Positions 17,934-28,119 of a stretch of 64,000 nucleotides of DNA are shown one piece after another. The notes beneath the pieces are model-generated. The model was not told the DNA's origin and did not search any database. It worked only from the letters and a program-made list of their open reading frames with translations. Location: positions 30,703 to 94,702 of the forward strand of contig JAYUQG010000030.1 in NCBI GenBank assembly GCA_043756865.1, read 5' to 3'. This DNA comes from a bacterium (GTDB lineage: Bacteria; Patescibacteriota; Minisyncoccia; Phycocordibacterales; UBA6899). How positions within the stretch are numbered: the stretch's first letter is position 1; every line of letters begins with the position of its first letter. Both the position numbers and the translations under genes were made by a program.

Positions 17934-20726
17934 TCAAACAGGCTTCGGAATAATTGCCTTCCAATCGACCTTTCGCGGTTTCTTGAACCATTCTCTGATC
18001 CAATCCTCCGGGATGAAGGTAATTTTGATGGGGGCAAAGTTTTCCCCGACTGCGGGGAGAGACACTACGACTCCACCGACGTGACTTCGTGCGAATCCAT
18101 GTTTACCGAACGGGTCGCCTGACGTCGCCGCAGGACACGAGATGTGCAGATAGTTTGGCACAAAGACATAGCCACCCTTGTGGATGTCTCCGGTCATCTG
18201 CACCTCCAGTGACAGATCGTGGAAGGCTCCCGTATGGTTGCCTCGTTCAACCGCATTTTTCGCTGCGTTTTCGAGTCCAAAGCCATTCGCCGGACCTTTA
18301 CGTGCGGGGTTGCCGCGCATATGCAGTCCATAGCGACCACCCTTGCCCGTTATGAGGCGGGCGAGACCGAGAAAGTCCTGCCCGTGCATCGGGTACCCGA
18401 CATACTTCGAACGCTCCGTGAGCATTTCATCACGAAACTCCTTGGGGAGATCGAGCGCGATACGGGGTTTCGCCACCTCGCCCAAAATGCAGCCTTCAGA
18501 AATGGTGTTCATTCCCTTTTGGCCGTGTGCATTTTGCCAATGGTTTCCGTTCGGAAACCACAGCACAGGAAGGTCGCGCGAATCCTCGATCAGCGGGTTT
18601 TTCCCGATGCTCTCGAGCTTAAGTCCGCTTTTGTTGAACGTCTGGATGACGCTTGCAAAACCAGCGCTACAGTTGTTGAGCATTCCGTAGATGAGCTTCA
18701 GAATCTGCTCTTGTCCACGGTATTCACCGCTGTAGACCTTCTGCCACATGACAAGTTCGTCACGCTCTGCTTCGAGTTCTTCAACGCGATCAAGCTTGCC
18801 GGTAGTGCGTGCACGTGCAATTCGCCCACGGAAGGAAGCTAACGTTCGCTGCATGTTGCTAAGCGACATGCGCTGCTCGTGCGGTTCGAGATAGTACGCA
18901 TGGTTCAAACCGTGCGACATATCGTCTTCAAAACCGTAGAGGGACAATCGTCCGAATCCGTCCGAATGGCCCATAACCTTGAACCACGCACTGGTGAAGT
19001 CGAGGAGCTTCCGTTCCTCTTTGTCGAAAACGTGAAACTCCCACGCTTGTCCCGAGTGCAGATCAGAGGTTGACCCGATATTCACATACTTGTCGATATC
19101 GGGAAGTTTCACCTTGTCACGCACTTTTTGCGGACCACCGAGGTACTGAACAGCCGGTACCGTATGCGTCGCAAACTGGACAAGTCCTTCGGGAACACTA
19201 ACCACAACTGCGGCAGGCTGGAACAGCGGATCGCCGACCAAGCGCTCAATTGTGGTTGCGCCTGAACCAATGAGGCCAGCTTCGCCAAACTTCTTCTTGA
19301 CGTATGCACCATCAAAAGCAGGTGCGAGCGTCAGCGCATGTACCACCCGAGGCTCACTAAAGTGACCGTCGGAAATAAGCGAGTGCGAGTGGTGTGTCGT
19401 CCATCGATTGACCACAGTTTCGATATCCGCGAGACCGCTGGATTTCGTTTTATGGTTTGCACGACGCTTGATGTACCCGTCCAAGTGATTGCCCGAAGGG
19501 ATGTCTCCGCCAAATTCGGCGAAGTGGAACACCTTTCCGCGGTAGATGCAGTACGAACTGCCGATGCCGAGAAGCTTCGCCCCGGGAATCGCCTCAATGA
19601 GTCGCCCGACGTAGTACGAGCGCACGCGCTCCGTAGCCCTGCGGTCGTTGTCCTTGCTCATGTTGGTCTGCACAGTACGCGAGAGTTCGTCAATGTGCGA
19701 ACGAAATTCGGCATCCAGCACGAGATTAAACGGGTCATGCTTCATTTCCGCACGCACCATGGCAATCTTCCGCTGCACTTCTGCGCGCGCTTTGAGCGTT
19801 TGTGAGCGCAATTCCCAATGTGTGAGCATGCGCACCAGCTCTTCTTCGCCTGCGCCCAATTGCAGATAGACGGGTACAGTGAATCGCGGAAGGCCACCTG
19901 ATTCTGCGGAGTGGAAAAAGTTTTTCTTGAAGCCACCCAGTAGATTCTCAAGGTCCTCAAGGAGTGTCGTGAAGATGGGTGTTTGATCACCGCTCTTCAT
20001 GATTTCTTTCACGCGTTCGGCGTAAATCGGATCAATGACCTCAAGGTCAAGATCGATTGCTGACGTGTGTGCGTGTCGATTACGCGTATTTGCATGCGAC
20101 ATTTTCACACGCAAGTGCATGAGTCCACCGGTGAACACCACTGCGTAACGCTCACGTTCTGCATACTCCATCAAACAACGAAGGAAGTTGTGCGACATCC
20201 GCCCGTCATAAGGTAGCCCCAAAAGAAGCGCACCGATAACAAACACACCGTTCATGTCGTCAGGAATGACGATGGGAGCAGAGAGGCTCGTTTTCGGCAT
20301 CTCGAGAATCTTGACGTTGTGTCCCTCGGGAATCACGCGAAGAATCCCGGGAATGTGCCCAGCGGGTTTCTTCTGCTGACTCTTTCCGCGAAGGTATTTG
20401 ATCTTGCGATCAACTTCCTCTTTGGGAATATGGTTAAACGTTTTATACAAACGCTCAACGGGCCAACCCTCACGAACATACTCGTCCAAGAGTGCGTTCT
20501 CGGCTTTCCCCCAGATGAGGGAGTCAAGGCGCGACAGGAGTGAGGTCTTGGTGAAGCGGTATCCACCGGTTGAGAGGAAGGGTCCAAGGGTCTTGTGGTT
20601 TGCAACGAGCGCGATGAGGTTGTTTATCGCATTCGGCTTTTTGAGTGCACCGGCTTGGATGCTCTCGCGAATAAAATGCAACAAGGGCTCGTGTTCCCAA
20701 TAGCTTTGCTTTTTGACTCGAGTCAT
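17934..20726 (-). CDS. Large protein with a C-terminal calcineurin-like metallophosphoesterase domain and a probable degenerate N-terminal copy
   Basis: SDLHSG, FEDDMSHG, NGNHW, TGDIHKG motifs; SD TAGGAG; own terminator near 17898-17930. Confidence 0.7.
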   Translation of the reverse strand: MTRVKKQSYWEHEPLLHFIRESIQAGALKKPNAINNLIALVANHKTLGPFLSTGGYRFTKTSLLSRLDSLIWGKAENALLDEYVREGWPVERLYKTFNHIPKEEVDRKIKYLRGKSQQKKPAGHIPGILRVIPEGHNVKILEMPKTSLSAPIVIPDDMNGVFVIGALLLGLPYDGRMSHNFLRCLMEYAERERYAVVFTGGLMHLRVKMSHANTRNRHAHTSAIDLDLEVIDPIYAERVKEIMKSGDQTPIFTTLLEDLENLLGGFKKNFFHSAESGGLPRFTVPVYLQLGAGEEELVRMLTHWELRSQTLKARAEVQRKIAMVRAEMKHDPFNLVLDAEFRSHIDELSRTVQTNMSKDNDRRATERVRSYYVGRLIEAIPGAKLLGIGSSYCIYRGKVFHFAEFGGDIPSGNHLDGYIKRRANHKTKSSGLADIETVVNRWTTHHSHSLISDGHFSEPRVVHALTLAPAFDGAYVKKKFGEAGLIGSGATTIERLVGDPLFQPAAVVVSVPEGLVQFATHTVPAVQYLGGPQKVRDKVKLPDIDKYVNIGSTSDLHSGQAWEFHVFDKEERKLLDFTSAWFKVMGHSDGFGRLSLYGFEDDMSHGLNHAYYLEPHEQRMSLSNMQRTLASFRGRIARARTTGKLDRVEELEAERDELVMWQKVYSGEYRGQEQILKLIYGMLNNCSAGFASVIQTFNKSGLKLESIGKNPLIEDSRDLPVLWFPNGNHWQNAHGQKGMNTISEGCILGEVAKPRIALDLPKEFRDEMLTERSKYVGYPMHGQDFLGLARLITGKGGRYGLHMRGNPARKGPANGFGLENAAKNAVERGNHTGAFHDLSLEVQMTGDIHKGGYVFVPNYLHISCPAATSGDPFGKHGFARSHVGGVVVSLPAVGENFAPIKITFIPEDWIREWFKKPRKVDWKAIIPKPV

Positions 20727-20903
20727 GACAGTCTCCTATCCAGTTGGATTTCAAAAAACTACGTCTGATGCCATTCTAGGCCGACGAAACAAAATGCCTA
20801 TCTTGACAATAGAAAGAAAGAAACCCGTGGTAGAAAAATTACTGCCAAAAAAACCTTATGGTTGCTCGCACCATAAAGGTTATCCCCAACATTACGATTC
20901 GGG

Positions 20904-21554
20904 TCACTTGATACCAAGTACTCCAAACAACATCTTGCGCACTGCGGCAATATGAGTTCTTTTCACAGCGGAAAATGGAATGATGTCGATATCGGGAAAC
21001 TCGTCTATGAGTGCCTGCATTGCCTTCGGAAATTCATTACCGGAAAGTTTATCAACCTTATTTGCGAGCACCACGAGTGGGTGACCTTCATCATGCGCGA
21101 CACCGATCAGCTCACGATCGTGCTCGGTAATACCGACACGAATATCTATGATGAGTACAATAAGCTTGGGTTTTGCCTCCCCTCCTGAGAGATACCACAA
21201 AATATGTTTTCTCACTTTGTCTTGGTCGGCTGCAGGCATGCGTGCATATCCATATCCCGGCAAGTCGACAAAGTAGCCCTTCGCACCGACCTCAAAAAAA
21301 TTTATTTCCTGAGTCTTTCCGGGAGTTGTACTCGTACGCGCAACCGCACTTCCCAGAATCGCATTAATAGAGGAAGACTTCCCTACATTTGAGCGTCCCA
21401 CAAAGGCAATCGACGGACGCCCATCAAAGAGAATGTTGTCTGTTCCTTTGATGCCACGACGAAATTGCACAGCAACCCCTGCGGCGGTTTGCTGTTTCAT
21501 GTATGCAGGCTTTGGGGGCCGTTTGGTGGTGTGCTTCTTGCGTACCTGTTTCAT
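20904..21554 (-). CDS. engB: Ribosome-biogenesis GTPase YihA/YsxC
   Basis: GRSNVGKSS, TPGKTQ, DLPGYGYA, NKVDK, FSA. Confidence 0.93.
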   Translation of the reverse strand: MKQVRKKHTTKRPPKPAYMKQQTAAGVAVQFRRGIKGTDNILFDGRPSIAFVGRSNVGKSSSINAILGSAVARTSTTPGKTQEINFFEVGAKGYFVDLPGYGYARMPAADQDKVRKHILWYLSGGEAKPKLIVLIIDIRVGITEHDRELIGVAHDEGHPLVVLANKVDKLSGNEFPKAMQALIDEFPDIDIIPFSAVKRTHIAAVRKMLFGVLGIK

Positions 21555-21633
21555 TGTTAGATACTAGCGGAGTGTGGAATATTGCGCAACAAAAAGCCGC
21601 TTTCTTCAAGCGGCGAGTTTTATTTCACTGCAC

Positions 21634-21885
21634 TTAGCGTGCGTCATTCTCTTTTGCTGCGCATTCCGCACACGTCTGGCCTGCACCCTCGGTGTAGTAG
21701 GCACCGTCCTTCCAACGCTTCTGGTCGTGAATATGTGTCGCGAGTGCGAGATATCCCAGCGTACTCCAACAACTCACACAGAATTCAGGACCACCTCTTT
21801 TGGCGTCGTCGATAATCCGCTGTCGGTCATCAGAACTCGAAATATTCCGACGAATTGCGTTTTCAATTAAACTCAGAATGCTCAT
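21634..21885 (-). CDS. Small CxxC-containing (putative Zn-binding) hypothetical protein
   Basis: FCVSC and TCAEC; own TTGACA promoter near 21946 and terminator near 21590-21620. Confidence 0.65.
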   Translation of the reverse strand: MSILSLIENAIRRNISSSDDRQRIIDDAKRGGPEFCVSCWSTLGYLALATHIHDQKRWKDGAYYTEGAGQTCAECAAKENDAR

Positions 21886-22010
21886 ATGGATCCCTCAAGA
21901 AAGTGCTCGACTATCCGCATTATTCAGGATTTGTCGCGGGTGTCAACAGTCATATTTATTCCGCACGTGTTATACTCTTGCACATACATTAATCTACTAG
22001 CGTATTCATC

Positions 22011-22805
22011 ATGGAAGAGCAAACACCTAAGTCTGATAAGACTCATGTAGCGACACCAACCCCAAAACGTAGGGGCGACGATTTGAGTATCCCACTCGCT
22101 ATTATCTTTGCGGGAGTCTTGGTTGCAGGCGCAATTATTTTCTCGGAACGCGCAACTCCTGTGGTGAAACAACCCGTGGTAGAGGCGGGCGTACGCGACA
22201 CTGTTGGCGCCGATGAAGCAAATGCCCCAGTTGAGTTGCTCGCACTTGTTGCGGATGATCACATTCTCGGTAACCCCAATGCCGAAGTACTTATCATTGA
22301 ATATTCCGACCCCGAGTGCCCTTTCTGTAAACGTTTTCATGAAACAATGGTTCAAGTCATGGAACAATACGGAAAATCGGGACAAGTCGCTTGGGTCTAT
22401 CGCCACTTCCCTCTTGATCAAATTCACCCCAAAGCCCGAAAGGAAGGTGAGGCGCAAGAATGTGCAGCAGAGCTTGGTGGAAATGAAGCCTTCTGGAAAT
22501 ATACCGACAAGTTATTTGAGATCACCCCCGCCAATAATGGCCTTGACCTCGCACAGCTACCAAAACTTGCCCAGACCATTGGCCTCGATGGAGTTGCGTT
22601 TACCGCATGTCTCGACAGTGGCAGATATGCAGCGCGTGTGCAGCGCGACTTTGAAAACGGCGCAAATGTTGGTGTACGTGGTACACCATATACAATCGTC
22701 TGGAATAAAACGACTGGAAAACAAATGCCACTCAATGGTGCATATCCATTCGAGAATATGAAAACAATCCTTGGGCTTATGATAGAGGCTCCTAAAGCAA
22801 AGTAA
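22011..22805 (+). CDS. dsbA: DsbA-family thioredoxin protein
   Basis: EYSDPECPFC, YRHFPL, GVRGTP, GAYP; TM anchor. Confidence 0.9.
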   Translation: MEEQTPKSDKTHVATPTPKRRGDDLSIPLAIIFAGVLVAGAIIFSERATPVVKQPVVEAGVRDTVGADEANAPVELLALVADDHILGNPNAEVLIIEYSDPECPFCKRFHETMVQVMEQYGKSGQVAWVYRHFPLDQIHPKARKEGEAQECAAELGGNEAFWKYTDKLFEITPANNGLDLAQLPKLAQTIGLDGVAFTACLDSGRYAARVQRDFENGANVGVRGTPYTIVWNKTTGKQMPLNGAYPFENMKTILGLMIEAPKAK

Positions 22806-22870
22806 TTGTGTTCAAAAAAATCACCGACTCCATCGGTGATTTTTTTTATGGAAATTTTTTAAACACAATA

Positions 22871-23158
22871 TTAGATACCCAGTGCAATACGAATATCCTC
22901 AGGGGGCACCCACTCGGGCTCAAAGGTCACGTCAACGCGCACTTCAACACCGAGGGCTCCGAGCGCCTTTTCTACAGAGGCAATAATTTCTTCGCCATAG
23001 GGGCAAAATGGTGTGGTAAGTGTCATGAGTATATCAATACCGTCCTCACCGATAGCGATGTTGTAAATCAACCCAAGGGAGTAAATGTCGATATGGATCT
23101 CAGGGTCCTCGACGGTCTTGAGCGCCTTTATAATGTCTTCTTTAGTTGGGTTGTTCAT
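22871..23158 (-). CDS. sufT: Metal-sulfur cluster assembly factor (DUF59/SufT/PaaD-like)
   Basis: V.DPEI.IDI.SLGLIY, MTLTTPFCP, FEPEW; coupled to sufC. Confidence 0.88.
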   Translation of the reverse strand: MNNPTKEDIIKALKTVEDPEIHIDIYSLGLIYNIAIGEDGIDILMTLTTPFCPYGEEIIASVEKALGALGVEVRVDVTFEPEWVPPEDIRIALGI

Positions 23159-23886
23159 ACTATTGATTCAAATCCCTCCCGCTCAACCCTCGCGACTAGC
23201 TCCATGCCACCTGAGGCAACAATCTTTCCGCCGCGCATGATATGTACGTGGTCGGGGGTGATGTGCTCGAGCAGTTTTGTGTAATGCGTCACAAGCAGAA
23301 ACCCAACTCCTTTTTTGCGCAGTGCCTCAATCACTGCAAACACTTTTTTCAGTGCATCGATATCGACACCCGAATCAATTTCATCAAGGAGTGCAAACTT
23401 TGGTTCGAGAGCCAGCAGTTGCAGCACTTCACTTTGTTTCTTCTCACCTCCTGAAAGGCCGGTATTCAAATGTTTTTTGAGAAATGTCGAATCAATACCG
23501 AATTCTTTTGCACGTGCTTCCATCTGTTTATAAAAATCCAGTGGAGTAGTGTCTCCGCCTTTGATGCTTTTGTGTGCGCGAAATAGAAAGTTCGTAAGAG
23601 TAACACCAGCAATCTCGGGTAAGTGTTGCAGGGAAAGAAAAACTCCTGCGCGCGCTTTTTTCTCTGTGGGGAGTGCGGTAATATCTTCTCCATCGAGTGT
23701 GAAGGTGCCACTGGTAATTGCGTAGGTGGGGTGTCCCATGAGGGCATTTAAGAGCGAGGTTTTGCCGGAGCCGTTTGGCCCCATCAGAATATGTACTTCT
23801 CCGCTTTTGAGTGCGAAAGAAATCCCCTCGAGCACGCTTGTGTCTCCGGCACTCACGGACAGGTCATGTATTTGTAGTTCACTCAT
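23155..23886 (-). CDS. sufC: Fe-S assembly ATPase SufC
   Basis: MGPNGSGKT, GLSGGEKK, LDEIDSGVDIDA, VTHY, PDHVHIM. Confidence 0.93.
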   Translation of the reverse strand: MSELQIHDLSVSAGDTSVLEGISFALKSGEVHILMGPNGSGKTSLLNALMGHPTYAITSGTFTLDGEDITALPTEKKARAGVFLSLQHLPEIAGVTLTNFLFRAHKSIKGGDTTPLDFYKQMEARAKEFGIDSTFLKKHLNTGLSGGEKKQSEVLQLLALEPKFALLDEIDSGVDIDALKKVFAVIEALRKKGVGFLLVTHYTKLLEHITPDHVHIMRGGKIVASGGMELVARVEREGFESIV

Positions 23887-23958
23887 TGGTTGGACTATTA
23901 CACACTAAAATAGCAAAAAAGGCAAGTAAATACCCGCGCGGTGCGCGGGTATGACGAT

Positions 23959-25134
23959 TCAGGAAACAAAGAACAAGTATGGACCGAATTTTTCGTGATT
24001 CTGCATCAAGTGCTGAACAACGAAGTATCCGATGCCACAACCAATTGCGGTGAGAAACGAGTATCCAAGCACGCTTCCAGCTGGGATCTCAAACCACTTC
24101 TCGAGTGCCCAAAGCACAAGGAATGAGCCGGCCATTTTCGCAAGGTCTGGTACACCAAGCACTCCGCCCAGCCAAATCGCGGCGAATGCAGCGACGAGCA
24201 TGACGGCATTCCAGACAACATACGACGAGTCCCTATAGAACTTCGACGAAAGAATCAGGAGGCCAAGGAAAAAAACGAAACTTCCGAGGAAGAAAACCGC
24301 CGGCGCGAATACCGAAAGATATGCATCGGGGAAACCGAAGGCACGGGAACCGACGTAGAAGAAGAGGAGGAGAAACGCGACTCCTGTACCACGCGGAACG
24401 GCCGCCTCGTCTTTGAATCCAATTGCATAGCACAGGCCACCCATCGATGCGGCGAATCCACCCATGCCAAGGAGTGCGAGCACGGCGACGTAGCCGATAA
24501 GCGTACTCTGATGCAAGAATGCTGCAATGATTGCGTACACCATCACAAAGAAGCAAAAGCGCATTGGGCTCGACTTGAGTTTGTGTACCCACGCAGAGAA
24601 CATGAGCGAGCCACCGAAGCCGAGTGTTCCGACCAACGCGGCGTAATGACCACCCCAGCCAAACAGGAAACTGCCGAAGGTGAGTCCGAGCGATGTGACG
24701 TAAAACAACACCTCGTAAAGCCCCTTCGGAATCCATTTGAATACGGGCACGCAATGGAACAGGAAAATTGCTCCTGCGATGGCTCCCACGACTGCGAAGA
24801 ACCCCTGCATCCAAGAAAGCGATGAAAGCGCACCAGCAAACTTTTGTGCCGCGGTGAGTTCGTAGGCCATGCCCACCTTCTGCGTCAAATCAGCTGCGCT
24901 GATATCACGACCGAGCGCAACCCTTGCTTGGGTCAAGCATTCTGCGACTGCAGTGGCGTATGCCTCTCCCACGAGCACTCCTTTTTTCTGGAAACGCAGC
25001 GCGCTGTCAAGGCAAATGCGCGACGGTACGAGCTGATTGTGTTCCGATATCGAAAGCGGCTCAGCAGGTGCCGCGTACACAAAAAATGAGCACAAAAGTG
25101 CGAGAGTGCATGCGAGCAAATTCTTCCAAATCAT
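23959..25134 (-). CDS. Multi-pass membrane hypothetical protein
   Basis: SD GAAGGAG before MIWKNLLA; signal peptide plus about 10 TM segments. Confidence 0.7.
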   Translation of the reverse strand: MIWKNLLACTLALLCSFFVYAAPAEPLSISEHNQLVPSRICLDSALRFQKKGVLVGEAYATAVAECLTQARVALGRDISAADLTQKVGMAYELTAAQKFAGALSSLSWMQGFFAVVGAIAGAIFLFHCVPVFKWIPKGLYEVLFYVTSLGLTFGSFLFGWGGHYAALVGTLGFGGSLMFSAWVHKLKSSPMRFCFFVMVYAIIAAFLHQSTLIGYVAVLALLGMGGFAASMGGLCYAIGFKDEAAVPRGTGVAFLLLFFYVGSRAFGFPDAYLSVFAPAVFFLGSFVFFLGLLILSSKFYRDSSYVVWNAVMLVAAFAAIWLGGVLGVPDLAKMAGSFLVLWALEKWFEIPAGSVLGYSFLTAIGCGIGYFVVQHLMQNHEKFGPYLFFVS

Positions 25135-25231
25135 GGTTACTCCTTCTGAAATGTATTGAACATTGAGCCGTAATATTACTACCACATATTTATAAAAAGT
25201 AAATCCCCGCGCATATGCGCGGGGTCTTTCA

Positions 25232-26884
25232 TTAACCTGCTGGGAAGAAGTAGGGCTCGGCGGGTGCGGCGAGTGCCTGCAAGTCTGCACGAATAACTCG
25301 TGCAACGTTATATCCGGATGCTCCCGTCACTCCCCCACCCGGGTGAGTCCCCGCACCACAAAGATAGAGGCCGGGGAATTCCCTCACACGATAATCTGCC
25401 ATTCCTGAAACAGGCCGGAATGAGAACAGTTGGGACAACCCCATTGCGCCATGAAAAATATTGCCGCCGGGCATACCCAACTCGGCTTCGATGTCGCGCG
25501 GTGTCAGAATTTGTACTCCGTCGCGTATCGCATCCCAGTTTGTCACGTATTCGCGCATGAGTGGCCAAACAACATCGTTGATGTATGCATGCTTCTGACG
25601 CTCGTCGACTTCTGGATTCCCCTCGTACAGGTAGAACTGCAGAAAGATGTTCATCACGTGGCGTCCGGGGGGCGCTAGCGTGTTGTCGAGCGCTGAGGGA
25701 AGTGTGATTTCGAGTATCGGAAACTTGTGTACACGACCTCCGTGGAATGCCTCGAGTGCGTCAAGGATGTAACGCACCGTTGGAGCGATATGGATTGTAC
25801 CGAAGTGTTGTGGCCCCGGAGTTGTACCAGGAACTACTTTCCAATTCGGAAGTCCCTTGAGCGTGCAATTGATTTTCATCGTTGCACTCTTGGTATCCCT
25901 CAAGCGCATGCGTGTCCCCATTTCATGTGCCCCCTTTGCCGAGCGCATGAGCTTCCCGAAGGTATGTGCGGGGTCTACACCCGAAACAACAATATCTGCG
26001 GGAAATACTTTCAGCGTTCCTTGCTTCCAGTCACTTTCGAATATGCGCGCAGAGACACCGGTCACCGCGCGATTGTCGTTAGTGTGAATCCATGACACCC
26101 GCGCACGAGTAATCATCTCTACGCCAAGTACCTCACACGCTGCACGTAGAGATTCTGAAATCCCACCCATGCCACCACGCATGTATCCCCAGACGCCACG
26201 AGCACCACCCGCCTCCCCCATCACATGATGCAAGAGTACATAACCATTCAACTCGACCGCACCTATGAGTGCGTCAGTTAAGAGCGTTGCCTTGACCACG
26301 TCTGATTCAAACCAATCACTCAAATAGTCGACGGGGTCCGAAATCAGCAGTTTCCGCAGTCGTGCCATTTGTCGAAAGGAAAGCTTGAGTGTGTGACGTG
26401 CAACGCCAAGCAATGAGCTGATGTCGCTTAAGCTACGCGGTGGAATATTCGGCGGAATCATGGTCATCAGTTTTGACATCCAGTCGCCGAGCTCACCCAG
26501 CTCGTGCTCATAACGCGGATACGCTTCTGCGTCCTTTGCGGAGAATTTTGCAATCTCGCGCTTATTGGCCTCCATGTCGGGACCGAGAAACAAGTATCTC
26601 CCGTCAGGAAGCGGGGTGAACGAAGACGGGTTCCTCGGAATCACCTCGTATCCATAACGCACAAGGTCAAGATCGCGCACAACCTCAGGAAGAAACAAGC
26701 TGTTCAAGTATGAAAACGAAGAAAGCTTGTAGCCCTTAAAAGTAGTGCTGTCTGTGGATGCTGCACCTCCGACCACATTACGAGCTTCAAGCACGGTCAC
26801 ATCGTGGCCGTCTTTTGCTGCATATGCCGCTGCGACGAGGCTGTTGTGCCCACCTCCGACAAAAACCATTTTTTTGCGTTCCAT
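25232..26884 (-). CDS. Phytoene dehydrogenase-like FAD oxidoreductase (PYROXD2/CrtI family)
   Basis: GGGHNSLVAAAY, LEAR..VGGAA, GGMG.IS, GGNIFHG, LYLCGAGTHPGGGVTGA. Confidence 0.9.
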   Translation of the reverse strand: MERKKMVFVGGGHNSLVAAAYAAKDGHDVTVLEARNVVGGAASTDSTTFKGYKLSSFSYLNSLFLPEVVRDLDLVRYGYEVIPRNPSSFTPLPDGRYLFLGPDMEANKREIAKFSAKDAEAYPRYEHELGELGDWMSKLMTMIPPNIPPRSLSDISSLLGVARHTLKLSFRQMARLRKLLISDPVDYLSDWFESDVVKATLLTDALIGAVELNGYVLLHHVMGEAGGARGVWGYMRGGMGGISESLRAACEVLGVEMITRARVSWIHTNDNRAVTGVSARIFESDWKQGTLKVFPADIVVSGVDPAHTFGKLMRSAKGAHEMGTRMRLRDTKSATMKINCTLKGLPNWKVVPGTTPGPQHFGTIHIAPTVRYILDALEAFHGGRVHKFPILEITLPSALDNTLAPPGRHVMNIFLQFYLYEGNPEVDERQKHAYINDVVWPLMREYVTNWDAIRDGVQILTPRDIEAELGMPGGNIFHGAMGLSQLFSFRPVSGMADYRVREFPGLYLCGAGTHPGGGVTGASGYNVARVIRADLQALAAPAEPYFFPAG

Positions 26885-27029
26885 GTTGTCTCCACAAATT
26901 CAAAGAATCTCACCTTGGTCTATCATGACCAAAGGTGAAAAACAAACCCAAAACGTTATGTAATATTGTTTTGCAAAAGTGCACGTCGTGTGCGATATTC
27001 AGTGCAGATTAAATGCAATGAGGTGTGGA

Positions 27030-27674
27030 GTGATTACTGTACAAAAGCTACCTGACTACCCCATTTGGCACGTGGAATCGGATGACCGATGGGAACTTGC
27101 GATGACGTTTTTGCGCATCGAAGAGTTCTACGAATGTCCCAATCCACGTTTTCAAGGAAACGTATTTTTACTCGAAACATACATGGACTGGTATGTTCAG
27201 GAATATTCAAAGTCGAAAAGGTCATACGGCACATTTACGTATGCATCCGACTGGTTAGCGTTCAACGTCCCAGAGAGTGCTGTGCGTGCAGTCAGGGACA
27301 CCTTTACCAATCACTCAGCCAAAGAGTCGTGGCTGTTTGATGAATTGCACAAGCAGGGCGCATTTGCCGAAGAACGGTTTTATGTTATTGGAAACAAGCG
27401 CGGTGCACATGCATATTTTGCACACGAATATCGGCATGCATTGTTTGCTCTTAACGATGCATACCGTGACGAGATGCGCGCGGCAATTGCGCAGTTCAAA
27501 ATTCCTGAATTGCGCGAATGGATATTGTCATGCTATGCACCATCAGTGCTTGAGGATGAAATCCAAGCGTACGCACTCACCGGTTGGCCAAATGAGGTCG
27601 CCATCACAGGTCACATGCGTAAACTCCAGCGTGCTCTAAAGCGCATCGAAAAAAAATATATCTCCGCCATATAG
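27030..27674 (+). CDS. HExxH (zincin-like) hypothetical protein
   Basis: AHEYRHALF and EDEIQAY; GTG start with SD GAGGTG; terminator directly after the stop. Confidence 0.7.
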   Translation: MITVQKLPDYPIWHVESDDRWELAMTFLRIEEFYECPNPRFQGNVFLLETYMDWYVQEYSKSKRSYGTFTYASDWLAFNVPESAVRAVRDTFTNHSAKESWLFDELHKQGAFAEERFYVIGNKRGAHAYFAHEYRHALFALNDAYRDEMRAAIAQFKIPELREWILSCYAPSVLEDEIQAYALTGWPNEVAITGHMRKLQRALKRIEKKYISAI

Positions 27675-27725
27675 GCGGTTTTTTTGCAACTCAACACGCA
27701 AATATATCAACAATAGTACAGGGGC

Positions 27726-28088
27726 TTAGCCCCGCAAAGCCTGATGCAGTGTTGAAAGCGCGAGGAGTGCACACTTTTCTCGTTGTGGAGAAATCACGGT
27801 TCCATAGAGCTTATATATATCGTTTTCATTCAATTTTGCAATGTCCAACTTCGTCCTGCCTTTTATTTTGTCGGTAAGCATCGAAGCTCCCGACTGAGAA
27901 ATGGCACATCCGAACCCCTCAAAGGAAACGTCCTCGAGTACATCACCATTCCATTTCAGATAAAGCACCAAGTCGTCACCGCAGGATATATTCTCTCCTT
28001 TTTGTCTCACATCAAAATCTTCCATCCGCCGTCGATTGTGCGGATGCTTGTAGTGTTCGAGAATGTGTTCTTGGTAGAGGGGGTCCAT
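27726..28088 (-). CDS. sufU: SufU/IscU-like scaffold or sulfur acceptor
   Basis: LYQEHILEHYKHPHN, N.SCGD, GCAISQ..AS, R.KCA.L. Confidence 0.92.
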   Translation of the reverse strand: MDPLYQEHILEHYKHPHNRRRMEDFDVRQKGENISCGDDLVLYLKWNGDVLEDVSFEGFGCAISQSGASMLTDKIKGRTKLDIAKLNENDIYKLYGTVISPQREKCALLALSTLHQALRG

Positions 28089-28119
28089 ATTTATACAAGA
28101 GAATAGTCGGTAGTAAGCA

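Noticed and set aside
25135-25305. N-terminal extension of the 448-aa ORF
   Set aside because: Crosses a terminator and the upstream gene end; the SD supports a start at 25134
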